From the NCBI GenBank assembly GCA_035517615.1, contig DATIYM010000018.1, positions 45,822 to 109,821 on the forward strand: a stretch of DNA of 64,000 bases. The letters are read 5' to 3'. The first letter of the stretch is position 1, and each line of letters begins with the position of its first letter. Origin of the DNA: Gemmatimonadales bacterium. GTDB taxonomy: Bacteria > Gemmatimonadota > Gemmatimonadetes > Gemmatimonadales > GWC2-71-9. The notes under the pieces are model-generated. The model saw only the letters and a list, made by a program, of their open reading frames with translations, had not been told where the DNA came from and searched no databases. This document shows, one piece after another, positions 1 through 9,235 of this stretch. The position numbers and the translations under genes were made by a program.

Positions 1-1106
1 CCGGCATTGCGCCGCGCCGCCACTTGCCGCACGCACGCAATGAGCCGCTCGAGCCGCGCGGCCGCGACGGCGTCGGGAACGGACTCCTGAAGGCGCGTGG
101 CGGGCGTCCCCTCGCGGGGCGAAAACCGGAACGTGTAGGCGTCGTCGAAATCGACTTCCTGAACCAGCGAAACCGTTTGCTCGAAATCGCTATCGGTTTC
201 GCCCGGGAACCCGACGATGAGATCGGTCGTGAGCGCGATGGTCGGGATCGCCTGCCGCAGCGCCCGTACGACGTCCAGGTACCGCGCCCGGTCGTAGCGC
301 CGCAGCATGCGCTTGAGGGTGCGATCGCTGCCGCTCTGCGCCGGCAGATGCACGTGCTCGCACACCGCGGGCGTATCGGCCATCGCAGCCACGACCCGCT
401 CGGTGAAATCCGTGGGGTAAGGCGAGGTGAACCGGACCCGCCGAATTCCCGGCACGGCCCCGACCGCACGCAACAGGTCGGCGAAGTCGTGACTGCCGTC
501 GTGATAGCTGTTGACCGTCTGCCCAAGCAGCGTGACCTCCGTGGTACCGCGCTCCACGAGCGTGTGGATTTCGCGTACCACGTCGGACAACATGCGACTC
601 CGCTCCGGTCCTCGTGTCATCGGAACGATGCAGAACGTGCACCGATAATCGCAGCCCCGCTGCACCGTCACGAACGCGGAGACCGGATCGCCGCGCACCG
701 GCGGCACATCCTCGTAGTGCTCCCAGGCGCGGAATTCCACTTCGGCGGCCCGCTCGCCATGCCGCGCCCGCTCGATCAGCTCGGGCAGCGTGCGGTAGCC
801 GTCCGGCCCGACCACCAGGTCGACCTGAGGCACGCGCTCGAGCAGCCGTGCGCCGAGCCGCTGGGCCATGCAACCCACCACCCCGAGCACGTCGCCGGGC
901 CGCTTGTGGCGCTGTAGATCGCCGACACGACCGAGCACACGCTGCTCGGCGTGGTCGCGGACCGCGCAAGTGTTCACGAGCAGCACGTCGGCCAGGGCAG
1001 GATCATCGGTACGCGAATATCCCTCCCGCTCGAGAATTCCGAACATCAGCTCGGAATCCGAGACGTTCATCTGGCAGCCGTACGTTTCGATATACAGGCG
1101 TGGCAT
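1..1106 (-). CDS. miaB: tRNA-i6A37 methylthiotransferase MiaB (radical SAM), 3' end cut by the window edge
   Basis: Not in the ORF track because it is open-ended. My minus-strand translation from ATG 1106 gives MPRLYIETYGCQMNVSDSELMFGILEREG, the MiaB UPF0004 N-terminus. A CDYRCTFC radical-SAM CxxxCxxC motif lies near 630-660. Confidence 0.85.
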   Translation of the reverse strand, partial: MPRLYIETYGCQMNVSDSELMFGILEREGYSRTDDPALADVLLVNTCAVRDHAEQRVLGRVGDLQRHKRPGDVLGVVGCMAQRLGARLLERVPQVDLVVGPDGYRTLPELIERARHGERAAEVEFRAWEHYEDVPPVRGDPVSAFVTVQRGCDYRCTFCIVPMTRGPERSRMLSDVVREIHTLVERGTTEVTLLGQTVNSYHDGSHDFADLLRAVGAVPGIRRVRFTSPYPTDFTERVVAAMADTPAVCEHVHLPAQSGSDRTLKRMLRRYDRARYLDVVRALRQAIPTIALTTDLIVGFPGETDSDFEQTVSLVQEVDFDDAYTFRFSPREGTPATRLQESVPDAVAAARLERLIACVRQVAARRNA

Positions 1107-1109
1107 CGA

Positions 1110-2321
1110 TCAGGTGATCGTCACGGGAAATCGGAGCTCGCCGCTCCACGCATCGAGCGGCAGCTGCACGGAAAGATAATCCTCGGTGAGCGCCTCGACG
1201 CACCCGCCGCCGTGTCCGCCGGCCACCGCGTCCGCACGCCGTCCCCGCTGGCTCACGCGATACGCGCGCGCGCGCGTCTCGCCCAGCTCCCGCAGCTCGG
1301 CGGCGCGTCGGTGCACCACTGCCGGCGCCAGTGCGTCGCCCAAGCGCGTGGCCGCGGCGTCGGGCCGGGCGCTGAAGGGAAAGACGTGCAGGTACGTGAA
1401 TGGCAGCGTCCGGACGAGCTCGATCGTGGCGTGATGGTCTTCCTCGGTCTCGCCGGGGAACCCCGCGATGATGTCGGCGCCGAGTCCGAACACCGGCACC
1501 CGATCGGCTAGCCATTCGATACGGGCGCGATACGAGCCTGCCGTGTACCAATTCCGCCCCATGCGTCGCAACACGCGATCCGAGCCTGATTGCAGTGGCG
1601 CATGGACGTGGGGCGCGAGCTGTCGCGGGGCTTCGATCATGAGCGCCGCCAGACGATCGTCGACTTCCGTCGCCTCGATCGACGACAGACGAAACCGCAC
1701 CGAGGGCACCGCGTCGACCAGTGCCTCGACGAGCGCGCCAATGGAGCGCCCGTCCCAGTCTTTCCCATAGGTGCCGATGTGGACGCCGGTGAGAACGATC
1801 TCCGCGTGGTGTTCTGCGAGCGCGCGCGCCTCTGCGATCAGGTCCGCCACCGGCCGGGACCGGTTGGCGCCACGCGCCAGCGTGGTCGCGCAGAAGGTGC
1901 AGTGCTCATCACATCCGTCCTGAATCTTGAGCCACGCGCGCGCGTGCGTCGTGAAACGACGCAGCACGGGCGAGACCCGCGCGCCATCGAGCCCCGCCGC
2001 GTCGAGCACGGACGCGGGATCGGCGCCGGGAAGCACGCGCGTGACTGACGGCAGGCGCGCGATCGTTCCGTCGTCTAACGCCGCGGCGCACCCCATCACG
2101 ACCGTCGCGAGATTCGCGCGGCCCGCGCGAGCCAGGCGCCGGATATAGCGCCGCATCTTGGCTTCGCTCTCTTCCGTGACGGTGCAGGAGTTCACGACGG
2201 CAATGTCGGCGGACTCGGGGGTCGCGACGATCGTCGCTCCCTGATCGACGAACGCCTGACGCACGACTTCGGTATCGTACTGATTGGCACGGCAACCGAA
2301 CGTGTGGAGAAAGACGTTCAC
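1110..2321 (-). CDS. mtaB: MiaB-like radical SAM methylthiotransferase, MtaB family
   Basis: Track ORF 1110..2651 trimmed to GTG 2321 (VNVFLHTFGCRANQYDTE). It has CDEHCTFC radical-SAM cysteines and a TRAM-like C-terminus. The GTGA overlaps the upstream stop. It ends 3 nt before the miaB ATG. Confidence 0.7.
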   Translation of the reverse strand: MNVFLHTFGCRANQYDTEVVRQAFVDQGATIVATPESADIAVVNSCTVTEESEAKMRRYIRRLARAGRANLATVVMGCAAALDDGTIARLPSVTRVLPGADPASVLDAAGLDGARVSPVLRRFTTHARAWLKIQDGCDEHCTFCATTLARGANRSRPVADLIAEARALAEHHAEIVLTGVHIGTYGKDWDGRSIGALVEALVDAVPSVRFRLSSIEATEVDDRLAALMIEAPRQLAPHVHAPLQSGSDRVLRRMGRNWYTAGSYRARIEWLADRVPVFGLGADIIAGFPGETEEDHHATIELVRTLPFTYLHVFPFSARPDAAATRLGDALAPAVVHRRAAELRELGETRARAYRVSQRGRRADAVAGGHGGGCVEALTEDYLSVQLPLDAWSGELRFPVTIT

Positions 2322-3421
2322 GGCCGCACGGACAATCCGAAGAACACGGACCACACTTGCTCGGTGAGTCCCACCCCGGTGCGCTCGAGACGCTCGATGC
2401 CGAGATCGAACGCGCCATGGCCCCGGGCGAACTGGCGCGCCGTTCCGAGCGAGACTGCCCACTCGGTGGGCGTGGTTCCGTTCGGACCGAATGGCAGCTG
2501 CCCGCCTCGAACGCCGAATCGCACCGGCGACGTCCGGCCGATCTCCGCGCCTGCCGACCAATTCAATGTATTGCTCGCGGTGCTGATTGCATCGCCCCAC
2601 GTGGTCATGGTCGCCGAACCCGCGAACCGGACCTTGCTGCTGGGCCGCCACATGATCCCGGCGCCGACCGTGTTGGGAAGATTGGTCGAGTTGGTGAGCG
2701 TGTCGCCGACGTATTGGTTCAGGTGCGAATCGTCGCGGCCATACACGGAGATCGAAAGCGCCCGCCCCAGGTTGAGCAGCGCGCTCACCGAGAGCCCATA
2801 GCCTTCGTAGCGCACTTGGGCAATCTGATGCACCGGCGAGAACGTCGTCGTGTCATCGAAGGTGCGGGTGGCGCTCTCTTTCGTCGATCCGGGCAGCAGG
2901 TGGACGCCGAACCCGATGGACAGCGCGCGGCCCAACCGGAACCCAGCCCCCAGATGGACGTCCGACACACCGCCGTCGCTCGTAATCTGGTCGTAGTACG
3001 GCTGCATGGTCCCCCGGAGAATCATGCTGTCGCGGGTGACCACGCTGTAGGTCCGGTCGAGGTAGTTCGAGAAGCCGCCGCCCAAGAATATGCCCGCCAC
3101 GGGGCCGGCGAGCGTGAACGATGGAAACCGCGTGGTCCTGAGCCACGTGTTGAACGTCGGGTACTCGAGATCGCGATTCGACGTGTTGAGTGAAGCCGTG
3201 GCCGTGAGCGAGCCGATAGTCGTGAGCGACGCCTCGGTGAGGAACGACAGCGAATCGAACTGCGCGAACGCACCGCCCGTGCTGCGCGCGCGCACGCTCT
3301 CGGTCCGGCCCGGCGTACCCAGGCCCGTGATGCCGAACTGCGACTCCTGCGCGCGCGCCAGTCCCGGAACGGTCCCGGCCAGGGTGACCAGCCCGATCAC
3401 GATACGGAGGCGCCCGCTCAT
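2318..3421 (-). CDS. predicted outer-membrane beta-barrel protein (hypothetical)
   Basis: 367 aa. Signal peptide MSGRLRIVIGLVTLAGTVPGLARA-QE. Alternating amphipathic G/S/T-rich strands and an aromatic-rich C-terminal strand (WSVFFGLSVRP). No family recognised. Confidence 0.55.
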   Translation of the reverse strand: MSGRLRIVIGLVTLAGTVPGLARAQESQFGITGLGTPGRTESVRARSTGGAFAQFDSLSFLTEASLTTIGSLTATASLNTSNRDLEYPTFNTWLRTTRFPSFTLAGPVAGIFLGGGFSNYLDRTYSVVTRDSMILRGTMQPYYDQITSDGGVSDVHLGAGFRLGRALSIGFGVHLLPGSTKESATRTFDDTTTFSPVHQIAQVRYEGYGLSVSALLNLGRALSISVYGRDDSHLNQYVGDTLTNSTNLPNTVGAGIMWRPSSKVRFAGSATMTTWGDAISTASNTLNWSAGAEIGRTSPVRFGVRGGQLPFGPNGTTPTEWAVSLGTARQFARGHGAFDLGIERLERTGVGLTEQVWSVFFGLSVRP

Positions 3422-4689
3422 GGTTTCCCGAATGGGAACGGGTTGCTGTACGTGAGCCGCAGCAGCGGCCGGTGAGCGGGGTCGCGCGACGAGTAGAACC
3501 GGATCTCGGCGAAATTGCCGCCCTCACCGGTCTGGCGCAGCACCATCGTGTGGGGTGCGAGGCTGTCACCAATCCAGTATCGCATGAGTCGCGTCACCTC
3601 GACCTTGACCGTATCGGTTGTCCCGATTTGCACGCCGGTCGTGTCCACGTGCGTGAGATCGATCGGCGATTTGGCGCCGAAGTCGGTTACCGCCGCGTGC
3701 GCCGCGATCCCGAACGAGTCGGCGGTGATTCCCATGGGAGCAACCGCCGGGACCAGCTCGAGCGTCGCCCGGATGAGCCGCGACGAATCCGAGATAATCT
3801 GCGGAAATACGACGCGCAGCACCGAGCGTGCGGAGGGCACGCCCCCCACCGTAAGGTCACTGTCGAGCGCCGGCGACGGCGGATCGTACACGAAACCGTC
3901 GAATGCCGGAGACCGGGTTTGCAGGCGGTGCGCCGTGGCGATCCCGAGCGAATCGACCCGCAGGTACCAGGAGATCAACGGTCCCGTGCCCACATTCTCC
4001 GACGATCCGATCGCGATGCTCGCCAGCGTGTCGGCGGCCACGCGAATGCCGAGCGCGACCGCGCCCGAGTCCGGCGTGTCGATCGGCAGGTGGGCCGAGT
4101 CTACGGCCATGAGTAGGATGATGCGCTGATTCGTCGTGTCGACCAGCACACTGTCCCCCGCGGCATTGCGCCGTCCCGGGAGCGCGATCACGCTGTCGAC
4201 ATTGACCCGCCTGATCAGGGAATCCGTGAATGGTCCCACCAGCTGCCCGAAAGTCGTGTTGGAGTCGATCGACAGCGGCAGCTTGTACAGCGAGATCGTG
4301 AGGTTATGGGCGGCGCTATCGCGGCGCAGAATCGTCAACCGCAGCCGGATGGAATCGACCCCGTTGACCTGGCTGGTCGTGGTGTCGGCCGACAGCGGCA
4401 GCCGCAGCAGCAGCTGGGTCGTGCGGAAAATGGGACGGCTGTCGCGCAACCCGGGGAGCGCGTCGGCCAGGAGCGTAAGCGAGTTGAACGGATTGACGTA
4501 CCCAACCGGGCGACCGAAGGCGGAATCGCCGTAGACCGCCATCGGCAGCACGGTGTCGACTACGGTGATCATTCCGGTCGGACAATACGCGGGACACTCG
4601 CCGGGGGCGGCAATCTTGTCGGTGCACGCCGCGAACCCGAGCGCCGCAAGCCAGGGCAGCGCCCGTCGCATGCCGTCGCGCCACTTCAT
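3418..4689 (-). CDS. predicted lipoprotein (hypothetical)
   Basis: 423 aa. N-terminus MKWRDGMRRALPWLAALGFAAC has a lipobox-like GFAAC. ATGA overlap with the downstream OMP gene. Confidence 0.55.
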   Translation of the reverse strand: MKWRDGMRRALPWLAALGFAACTDKIAAPGECPAYCPTGMITVVDTVLPMAVYGDSAFGRPVGYVNPFNSLTLLADALPGLRDSRPIFRTTQLLLRLPLSADTTTSQVNGVDSIRLRLTILRRDSAAHNLTISLYKLPLSIDSNTTFGQLVGPFTDSLIRRVNVDSVIALPGRRNAAGDSVLVDTTNQRIILLMAVDSAHLPIDTPDSGAVALGIRVAADTLASIAIGSSENVGTGPLISWYLRVDSLGIATAHRLQTRSPAFDGFVYDPPSPALDSDLTVGGVPSARSVLRVVFPQIISDSSRLIRATLELVPAVAPMGITADSFGIAAHAAVTDFGAKSPIDLTHVDTTGVQIGTTDTVKVEVTRLMRYWIGDSLAPHTMVLRQTGEGGNFAEIRFYSSRDPAHRPLLRLTYSNPFPFGKP

Positions 4690-4810
4690 GTCAGGGACTC
4701 GCCGGTGAATGCATCAGGAAGAAGGGCGATCGCCGCTCCCACCCGGAAATGATTGTACGGCGCATACGCGCGCTGCATCACCGTCCGGGCTTGCCGCACC
4801 AGGTCTCCGC

Positions 4811-5971
4811 TCAGTTCCAGATCTCCTGTAAGAATGACCGGCCGACCGGCAGCGGCGCGGCGTCGAAGTACTCCGCGAGAGTGGCCCCGATATCGGCAAA
4901 CGTGCCGCGCTCGCCCAAATGCGCCGGGCGCGTCCCGAGACCGAATGCCAAGATTGGAACAGCCTCGCGGGAATGATCAGTCGACGCCGTCGTCGGATCG
5001 TTCCCATGATCCGCGGTGACGATCACCAGATCGCCACCGCGAACGCGCTGAACGAGCCGGGGCAGCCACGCATCGAGGGCTTTCAGCCCCTCATGAAACC
5101 CCAGTACGTCGTTTCGGTGCCCCCACGTCTGATCGAACTCGATCACGTTCACGAACACGAGACCCGCGTCGATCGCGTCGAGCGCCGCTTCGATCAGGTC
5201 GAAGGCAGCCTGATTCGTCGCAGTATGGCGGCTCGTGATGTTTCGCCCCGCGAACAGATCGTCGACTTTCCCAATCCCCACCCGCGCTACGCCGCGCGCC
5301 GCGAGCCGGTCCAGCAACGTGTCCCGCATCGGCGCGACGGAAAAATCGCGGCGATTAGCCGTACGCTCGTACGCGCCGGGAGTGCCCCGGAACGGCCGTG
5401 CGATGACCCGGCTGACCCGGTGCGGGCCGTCGAGCAGCGCCCGTGCGATTTCAGAACCACGGTACAGCTCAGCCAGGGGAATGGTCTCTTCATGCGCGGC
5501 GATCTGAAAGACCGAATCGGCGGAGGTATAGACGATCCAGCTTCCGGTGCGCTGGTGCAGCGCCCCCAGCTCGGCGAGGATCGCCGTCCCGGACGCCGGC
5601 CGGTTGCCCAGCACGCCCCGGCCGGTCCGCCGACTGAACTCGGCCAGCAGCTCTTCCGGGAACCCGTGCGGATACGTCGGAAACGGTCGTTCGAGAATGA
5701 GCCCGCAAATCTCCCAATGCCCCGTCGTGCTGTCCTTTCCAGGAGAAGCCGGCAGCGCCACTCCATGTGCCGCGGTGGGAGCACGACACGACATTCCCAG
5801 CAGCGGGCGGCAGCAGCCCAGTCCCAGCCGCTCGAGGTTCGGCAACCGGAATCCGCCCACTGCGCGCGCGACATTGCCGAGCGTGTCGCTCCCCGCGTCA
5901 CCGTACGCCGCCGAATCGGGCGCCGCGCCCATTCCCAGCCCGTCGATGACGATCAATGCCGCGCGCTTCAA
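4811..5971 (-). CDS. deoB: phosphopentomutase
   Basis: 386 aa. MKRAALIVIDGLGMGAAPDSAAYGDAGSDTLGN and C-terminal TADHGNDPT motifs are typical of DeoB. The TTG start overlaps the alr stop (TTGA). Confidence 0.85.
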   Translation of the reverse strand: MKRAALIVIDGLGMGAAPDSAAYGDAGSDTLGNVARAVGGFRLPNLERLGLGCCRPLLGMSCRAPTAAHGVALPASPGKDSTTGHWEICGLILERPFPTYPHGFPEELLAEFSRRTGRGVLGNRPASGTAILAELGALHQRTGSWIVYTSADSVFQIAAHEETIPLAELYRGSEIARALLDGPHRVSRVIARPFRGTPGAYERTANRRDFSVAPMRDTLLDRLAARGVARVGIGKVDDLFAGRNITSRHTATNQAAFDLIEAALDAIDAGLVFVNVIEFDQTWGHRNDVLGFHEGLKALDAWLPRLVQRVRGGDLVIVTADHGNDPTTASTDHSREAVPILAFGLGTRPAHLGERGTFADIGATLAEYFDAAPLPVGRSFLQEIWN

Positions 5972-7092
5972 TCGTATACGCGCGGCAATCGCGAGCCGAA
6001 TGACGTGAGCGCTTCACGCTGCAGCACGTCTGCCGCACTCGCGTATTCATCGAGCGTGATTGCCGCATCACCCGCGTCCGCCCGCCCGATCAGGGTCGCG
6101 GTGTCACCGACTGCAACCGGGAGATCGCCGATATCCACCATGGTCATGTCCATCGTGACCGCGCCGACCAGCGGGCAGCGCCGTCCGGCAACCAGCGCGA
6201 CCCCGCGGCCCGAAAGCGAGCGCCGCACGCCGTCCGCATAGCCGATCCCGAGCGTGGCGACGCGGGTCGGAGCCCGCGCGGTCCAGAGTGCCCCATAACT
6301 GACGCTTTCCCCGGCGCTAAGGTCGCGCAGGGCCACGACCCGCGCCTCGAGCCGAATGACGGCGCGGGGCATCTCGAGCCCCGGTCCCGGAGAGCCGCCA
6401 TACAGGAACACACCGGGTCGGATCAGATCGAGCGCGTAGCGACGGCCGCGCACCGCCGCGGCGCTGTTCGCCACGTGCAGAAGCTGGGGGCGCCGCGCCA
6501 GACCGCCGACACTCTGCATGAAGCGCTCGAGCTGCACATCGATGGTGCTGTCCGCACGATCCGCCGAATAGAACTGCGTGTAGCACCCCTCGAGCGCCGC
6601 GGTGTCGAGCACGGAACGGGCGCTCGCGATTTCGTCCCACCGCAGTCCCGAGCGCCCCATCCCCGTGTCGATCTCGAGGTGAAAAGGCTGCGGGCTGCGG
6701 GCAGTCCAGGCGCGAATCGCCGCCACGTCGCCCAACGCGGGGGTCAGGTGGAACCGCTCGCAATCCGCGAACTGGCTCGGCTGCACCGGCATGAATACGA
6801 CAACCGATCGGCTGATCCCTGAGGCCCGGAGCTCTGCTCCCTCTTCGACCGTCGCCACGCCATAGCCCCATGGCTCGATCGACTCCAAGGCCCTAGATAC
6901 AGCGACGGCTCCGATCCCGTAGGCGTTAGCCTTCACCATCGGGAGGAGCCGCGTGCCGGCGATCCGTGCGGCAGTGCGGGCATTTTCCACCAGGGCGGCG
7001 AGATCGATTGCGATCCACGCGCGGCTGTACCGCCCGCTCGATGACACGTTCACAGGCGCGGGTATGATACCCGGCCCGGAGGCTAAATGCAA
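5968..7092 (-). CDS. alr: alanine racemase
   Basis: PLP-lysine motif MVKANAYGIGAV and a C-terminal beta domain. The longest ORF starts at TTG 7092, which overlaps the divergent mazG start by 6 nt. GTG 7053 or 7047 (VNVSSSGRYSRAWIAIDL) are equally plausible starts. Confidence 0.85.
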   Translation of the reverse strand: MHLASGPGIIPAPVNVSSSGRYSRAWIAIDLAALVENARTAARIAGTRLLPMVKANAYGIGAVAVSRALESIEPWGYGVATVEEGAELRASGISRSVVVFMPVQPSQFADCERFHLTPALGDVAAIRAWTARSPQPFHLEIDTGMGRSGLRWDEIASARSVLDTAALEGCYTQFYSADRADSTIDVQLERFMQSVGGLARRPQLLHVANSAAAVRGRRYALDLIRPGVFLYGGSPGPGLEMPRAVIRLEARVVALRDLSAGESVSYGALWTARAPTRVATLGIGYADGVRRSLSGRGVALVAGRRCPLVGAVTMDMTMVDIGDLPVAVGDTATLIGRADAGDAAITLDEYASAADVLQREALTSFGSRLPRVYD

Positions 7093-7869
7093 GGCGATTC
7101 AGCGCTTGGACGCGCGCTCGACGTCGTGCGCGACCTGCGCGCCCGCTGCCCGTGGGATCGGGCCCAAACCCGCGCGAGCTTACGTCCCTACCTCGTCGAA
7201 GAAGCGCTCGAGCTCGATCAAGCGCTCCGACGCGAGGACCCGGTCGAGTTGCAGGACGAACTCGGCGACCTGCTGCTGCACCTCGCCTTTCAGATCGTGA
7301 TCGCCGAGGAGCGGCACGAGTTCGATGCGGAAGCGGTAACGCGCGGCCTCGAGGCCAAGATGCGGCGTCGGCATCCGCACCTGTACGGCGAAGGAGAGAA
7401 ACCCCAGTCGTGGGAATTGGGGAAGCGGGAAGGGGGAAGCGGGAAGGGCAAGACCCTGCGTGGACTACCCCCGACCATGCCGCCGCTACTGATGGCCTAC
7501 CGGCTTCAGGAACGGGCGGCCGGAGTGGGGTTCGACTGGCCGGACGCGCTCGGGCCCATGGCGAAAGTGAAGGAAGAGATCGACGAGATCGAGCGGGAAA
7601 CGGGAAGCGACAAGCGGGAAGCGTTGGAAGCGGAGATCGGCGACCTGCTGTTTTCGGTCGTGAATCTCGCGCGCAAGCTGTCGATCGATCCCCGTGCGGC
7701 GCTCGAGCGCGCCAACGACAAATTCGTGCGCCGGTTCGGAGCGGTGGAGGACCTGGCGGCGTCCCGGGGCGTGAAACTCGGGCGGGTAGGCCTCGAGGCG
7801 CTGGACGAACTTTGGGAAGAAGTTAAGAAGTCGGAAAGGGACGGAAAGGGACGGAACGAGACCGACTAA
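7087..7869 (+). CDS. mazG: nucleoside triphosphate pyrophosphohydrolase MazG (two MazG domains)
   Basis: 260 aa. CPWDRAQT, EEALEL, ELGDLLL, RRHPHLYG, then a second domain GFDWPD...EEIDE...EIGDLLFSVVNLAR. The linker and tail are encoded by short tandem repeats (see repeat features). Confidence 0.85.
   Translation: MQGDSALGRALDVVRDLRARCPWDRAQTRASLRPYLVEEALELDQALRREDPVELQDELGDLLLHLAFQIVIAEERHEFDAEAVTRGLEAKMRRRHPHLYGEGEKPQSWELGKREGGSGKGKTLRGLPPTMPPLLMAYRLQERAAGVGFDWPDALGPMAKVKEEIDEIERETGSDKREALEAEIGDLLFSVVNLARKLSIDPRAALERANDKFVRRFGAVEDLAASRGVKLGRVGLEALDELWEEVKKSERDGKGRNETD
7420..7447 (+). repeat. tandem heptamer array GGGAAGC/GGGAAGG x4 inside mazG (encodes GKREGGSGKG)
   Basis: Read directly as gggaagc gggaagg gggaagc gggaagg. 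It is on the sense strand. The same 13-mer GGGAAGCGGGAAG recurs at 15013-15068 and 52285-52340 on the other strand. Confidence 0.8.
7595..7631 (+). repeat. degenerate heptamer array (GGGAAAC GGGAAGC GACAAGC GGGAAGC ...) inside mazG
   Basis: Read directly. It encodes RETGSDKREALEA and belongs to the same motif family as 7420-7447. Confidence 0.6.
7832..7861 (+). repeat. 10-nt tandem repeat CGGAAAGGGA x2 plus CGGAACGAGA, forming the mazG C-terminal tail
   Basis: Read directly. It encodes ...SERDGKGRNETD just before the stop at 7867-7869. Confidence 0.65.
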
Positions 7870-7894
7870 CCGCCGCCCGGTTCCGTCTCTTCGC

Positions 7895-9193
7895 TCAGGG
7901 CCACAGCTTGTACAGCGTCCGCGGAAACGCGATCGCCTCCCGCACGTGCGGAATGCCGCAGATCCATGCAACCGTGCGCTCGATGCCCAGTCCGAACCCG
8001 GCGTGGACGAACGTGCCGTATTTTCTGAGATCGAGATACCAGCTGTATGACTCCACCGGCAGCCCCTCGGCTTGAATCCGCGCGAGCAGCTTGTCGTAGT
8101 CGTCTTCGCGCTGGCTCCCGCCGATGATTTCGCCGTAGCCCTCGGGCGCCAGCATGTCGTTGTTCAACACGGTGCGCGGATCGTCCGGATTCTCCTTCAT
8201 GTAAAACGCTTTGACGTGCTTGGGGTAGTTGTACACGATCACCGGACGGTCGAATTGCTGCGCGAGCAGGGTCTCGTCCTCGCCTCCCAGGTCTACGCCC
8301 CACTGCATGTCGCTGCCCAGGGTTCTCAAACGTTCCACGGCGTCCGTGTAGGAGATGCGGGGAAAGGGAGGTTGCACGCGCTCGAGCGGTGTCGTATCTC
8401 GCTCGAGCTCCGCGAGCTCGGCCTTGCGGCGCTCGAGACTGCGGCCGACGACATAGCTCACGAATTCTTCCTGCAGCCTCTGGTTTGCCGCGGAGTCGTT
8501 CCACGCGACCTCGGGCTCCACCATCCAGAATTCGGTCAGATGCCGCCGCGTTTTCGATTTCTCGGCGCGAAACGTCGGCCCGAAACAGTAGACCTTTCCG
8601 AGGGCCGCAGCCGCCGCCTCCACGTACAGCTGGCCGGTTTGGGCGAGATAGGCGGTTCCCAGATCGAAGTACTCGGTCGCGAACAGATTGCCCGCCGCTT
8701 CGCCGATCGAACCGGTCAGGATCGGCGTGTCGACGAGGACGAAGTTGCGCTCGTAAAAGAAATCCCGAATCGCCTGGATCACTTCGTTTCGCACCCGGGC
8801 GATCGCCACCTGGCGCCGACTGCGCAGCCAGAGATGCCGGTGCTCGAAGAGAAACGCCGTGCCGTGTTCCTTGGGGGAGATCGGGAAGTCGGGACTCGGT
8901 CCGAGTATCTTGAAATCGGAGGCTTGCAGCTCCACACCGCCGGGGGCGCGCGCATCGGCGCGGACTGCGCCCGTGACTTCGATCGAAGTCTCCTGGCTCA
9001 CCCGCTCAAACGCTTCCCACGCGGTTTGCGGGACGTCTTTCTTGGAGAGTACGGCTTGCAGGTATCCGGTTCCGTCCCGGAGCGTCACGAACGCGATCTT
9101 GCCGCTCGACCGGGTGGTCATCACCCAGGCGCGAAGCGTGGCCGTTTCGCCAACGTGCTGAGGCAACGCCTCGATGCGCAGCGCCTCGGACAT
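7895..9193 (-). CDS. asnS: asparagine--tRNA ligase
   Basis: 432 aa. N-terminal OB fold, then class II motifs FRAEKSKTRRHLTEFWMVEPE and GFGLGIER. Length and C-terminus fit the short AsnRS type. Confidence 0.9.
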   Translation of the reverse strand: MSEALRIEALPQHVGETATLRAWVMTTRSSGKIAFVTLRDGTGYLQAVLSKKDVPQTAWEAFERVSQETSIEVTGAVRADARAPGGVELQASDFKILGPSPDFPISPKEHGTAFLFEHRHLWLRSRRQVAIARVRNEVIQAIRDFFYERNFVLVDTPILTGSIGEAAGNLFATEYFDLGTAYLAQTGQLYVEAAAAALGKVYCFGPTFRAEKSKTRRHLTEFWMVEPEVAWNDSAANQRLQEEFVSYVVGRSLERRKAELAELERDTTPLERVQPPFPRISYTDAVERLRTLGSDMQWGVDLGGEDETLLAQQFDRPVIVYNYPKHVKAFYMKENPDDPRTVLNNDMLAPEGYGEIIGGSQREDDYDKLLARIQAEGLPVESYSWYLDLRKYGTFVHAGFGLGIERTVAWICGIPHVREAIAFPRTLYKLWP

Positions 9194-9235
9194 AGGCGCG
9201 GCATACTAGCGGCCGTCATTTGTAGTGTCAACGCG

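Noticed and set aside
24-969. ORFs 24..917 (+) and 190..969 (-) at the left edge of the window.
   Set aside because: The real gene here is miaB, in a third frame on the minus strand. It is open-ended, so it is missing from the track. Both listed ORFs are compositional artefacts.
4690-4810. The 121-nt spacer downstream of deoB contains TACAAT on the minus strand. I considered it as a possible promoter or riboswitch for the lipoprotein operon.
   Set aside because: The only -35 candidate (GGTGAT, 19-nt spacer) is poor. I could find no convincing conserved structure or terminator. The support is too weak to call it a feature.
7087-7869. Whether mazG is part of a mazEF toxin-antitoxin or other stress module.
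   Set aside because: No mazE- or mazF-like small ORFs flank it. Its neighbours are alr (divergent) and asnS (convergent).
8072-9235. The first 388 codons of the 758-aa plus-strand ORF 8072..10348.
   Set aside because: It lies exactly antisense to the well-supported asnS gene. The sequence is Arg/Gly/Leu-rich with no recognisable motifs. Only the part after 9236 (or 9155) has propeller repeats. It is a shadow ORF typical of high-GC DNA.
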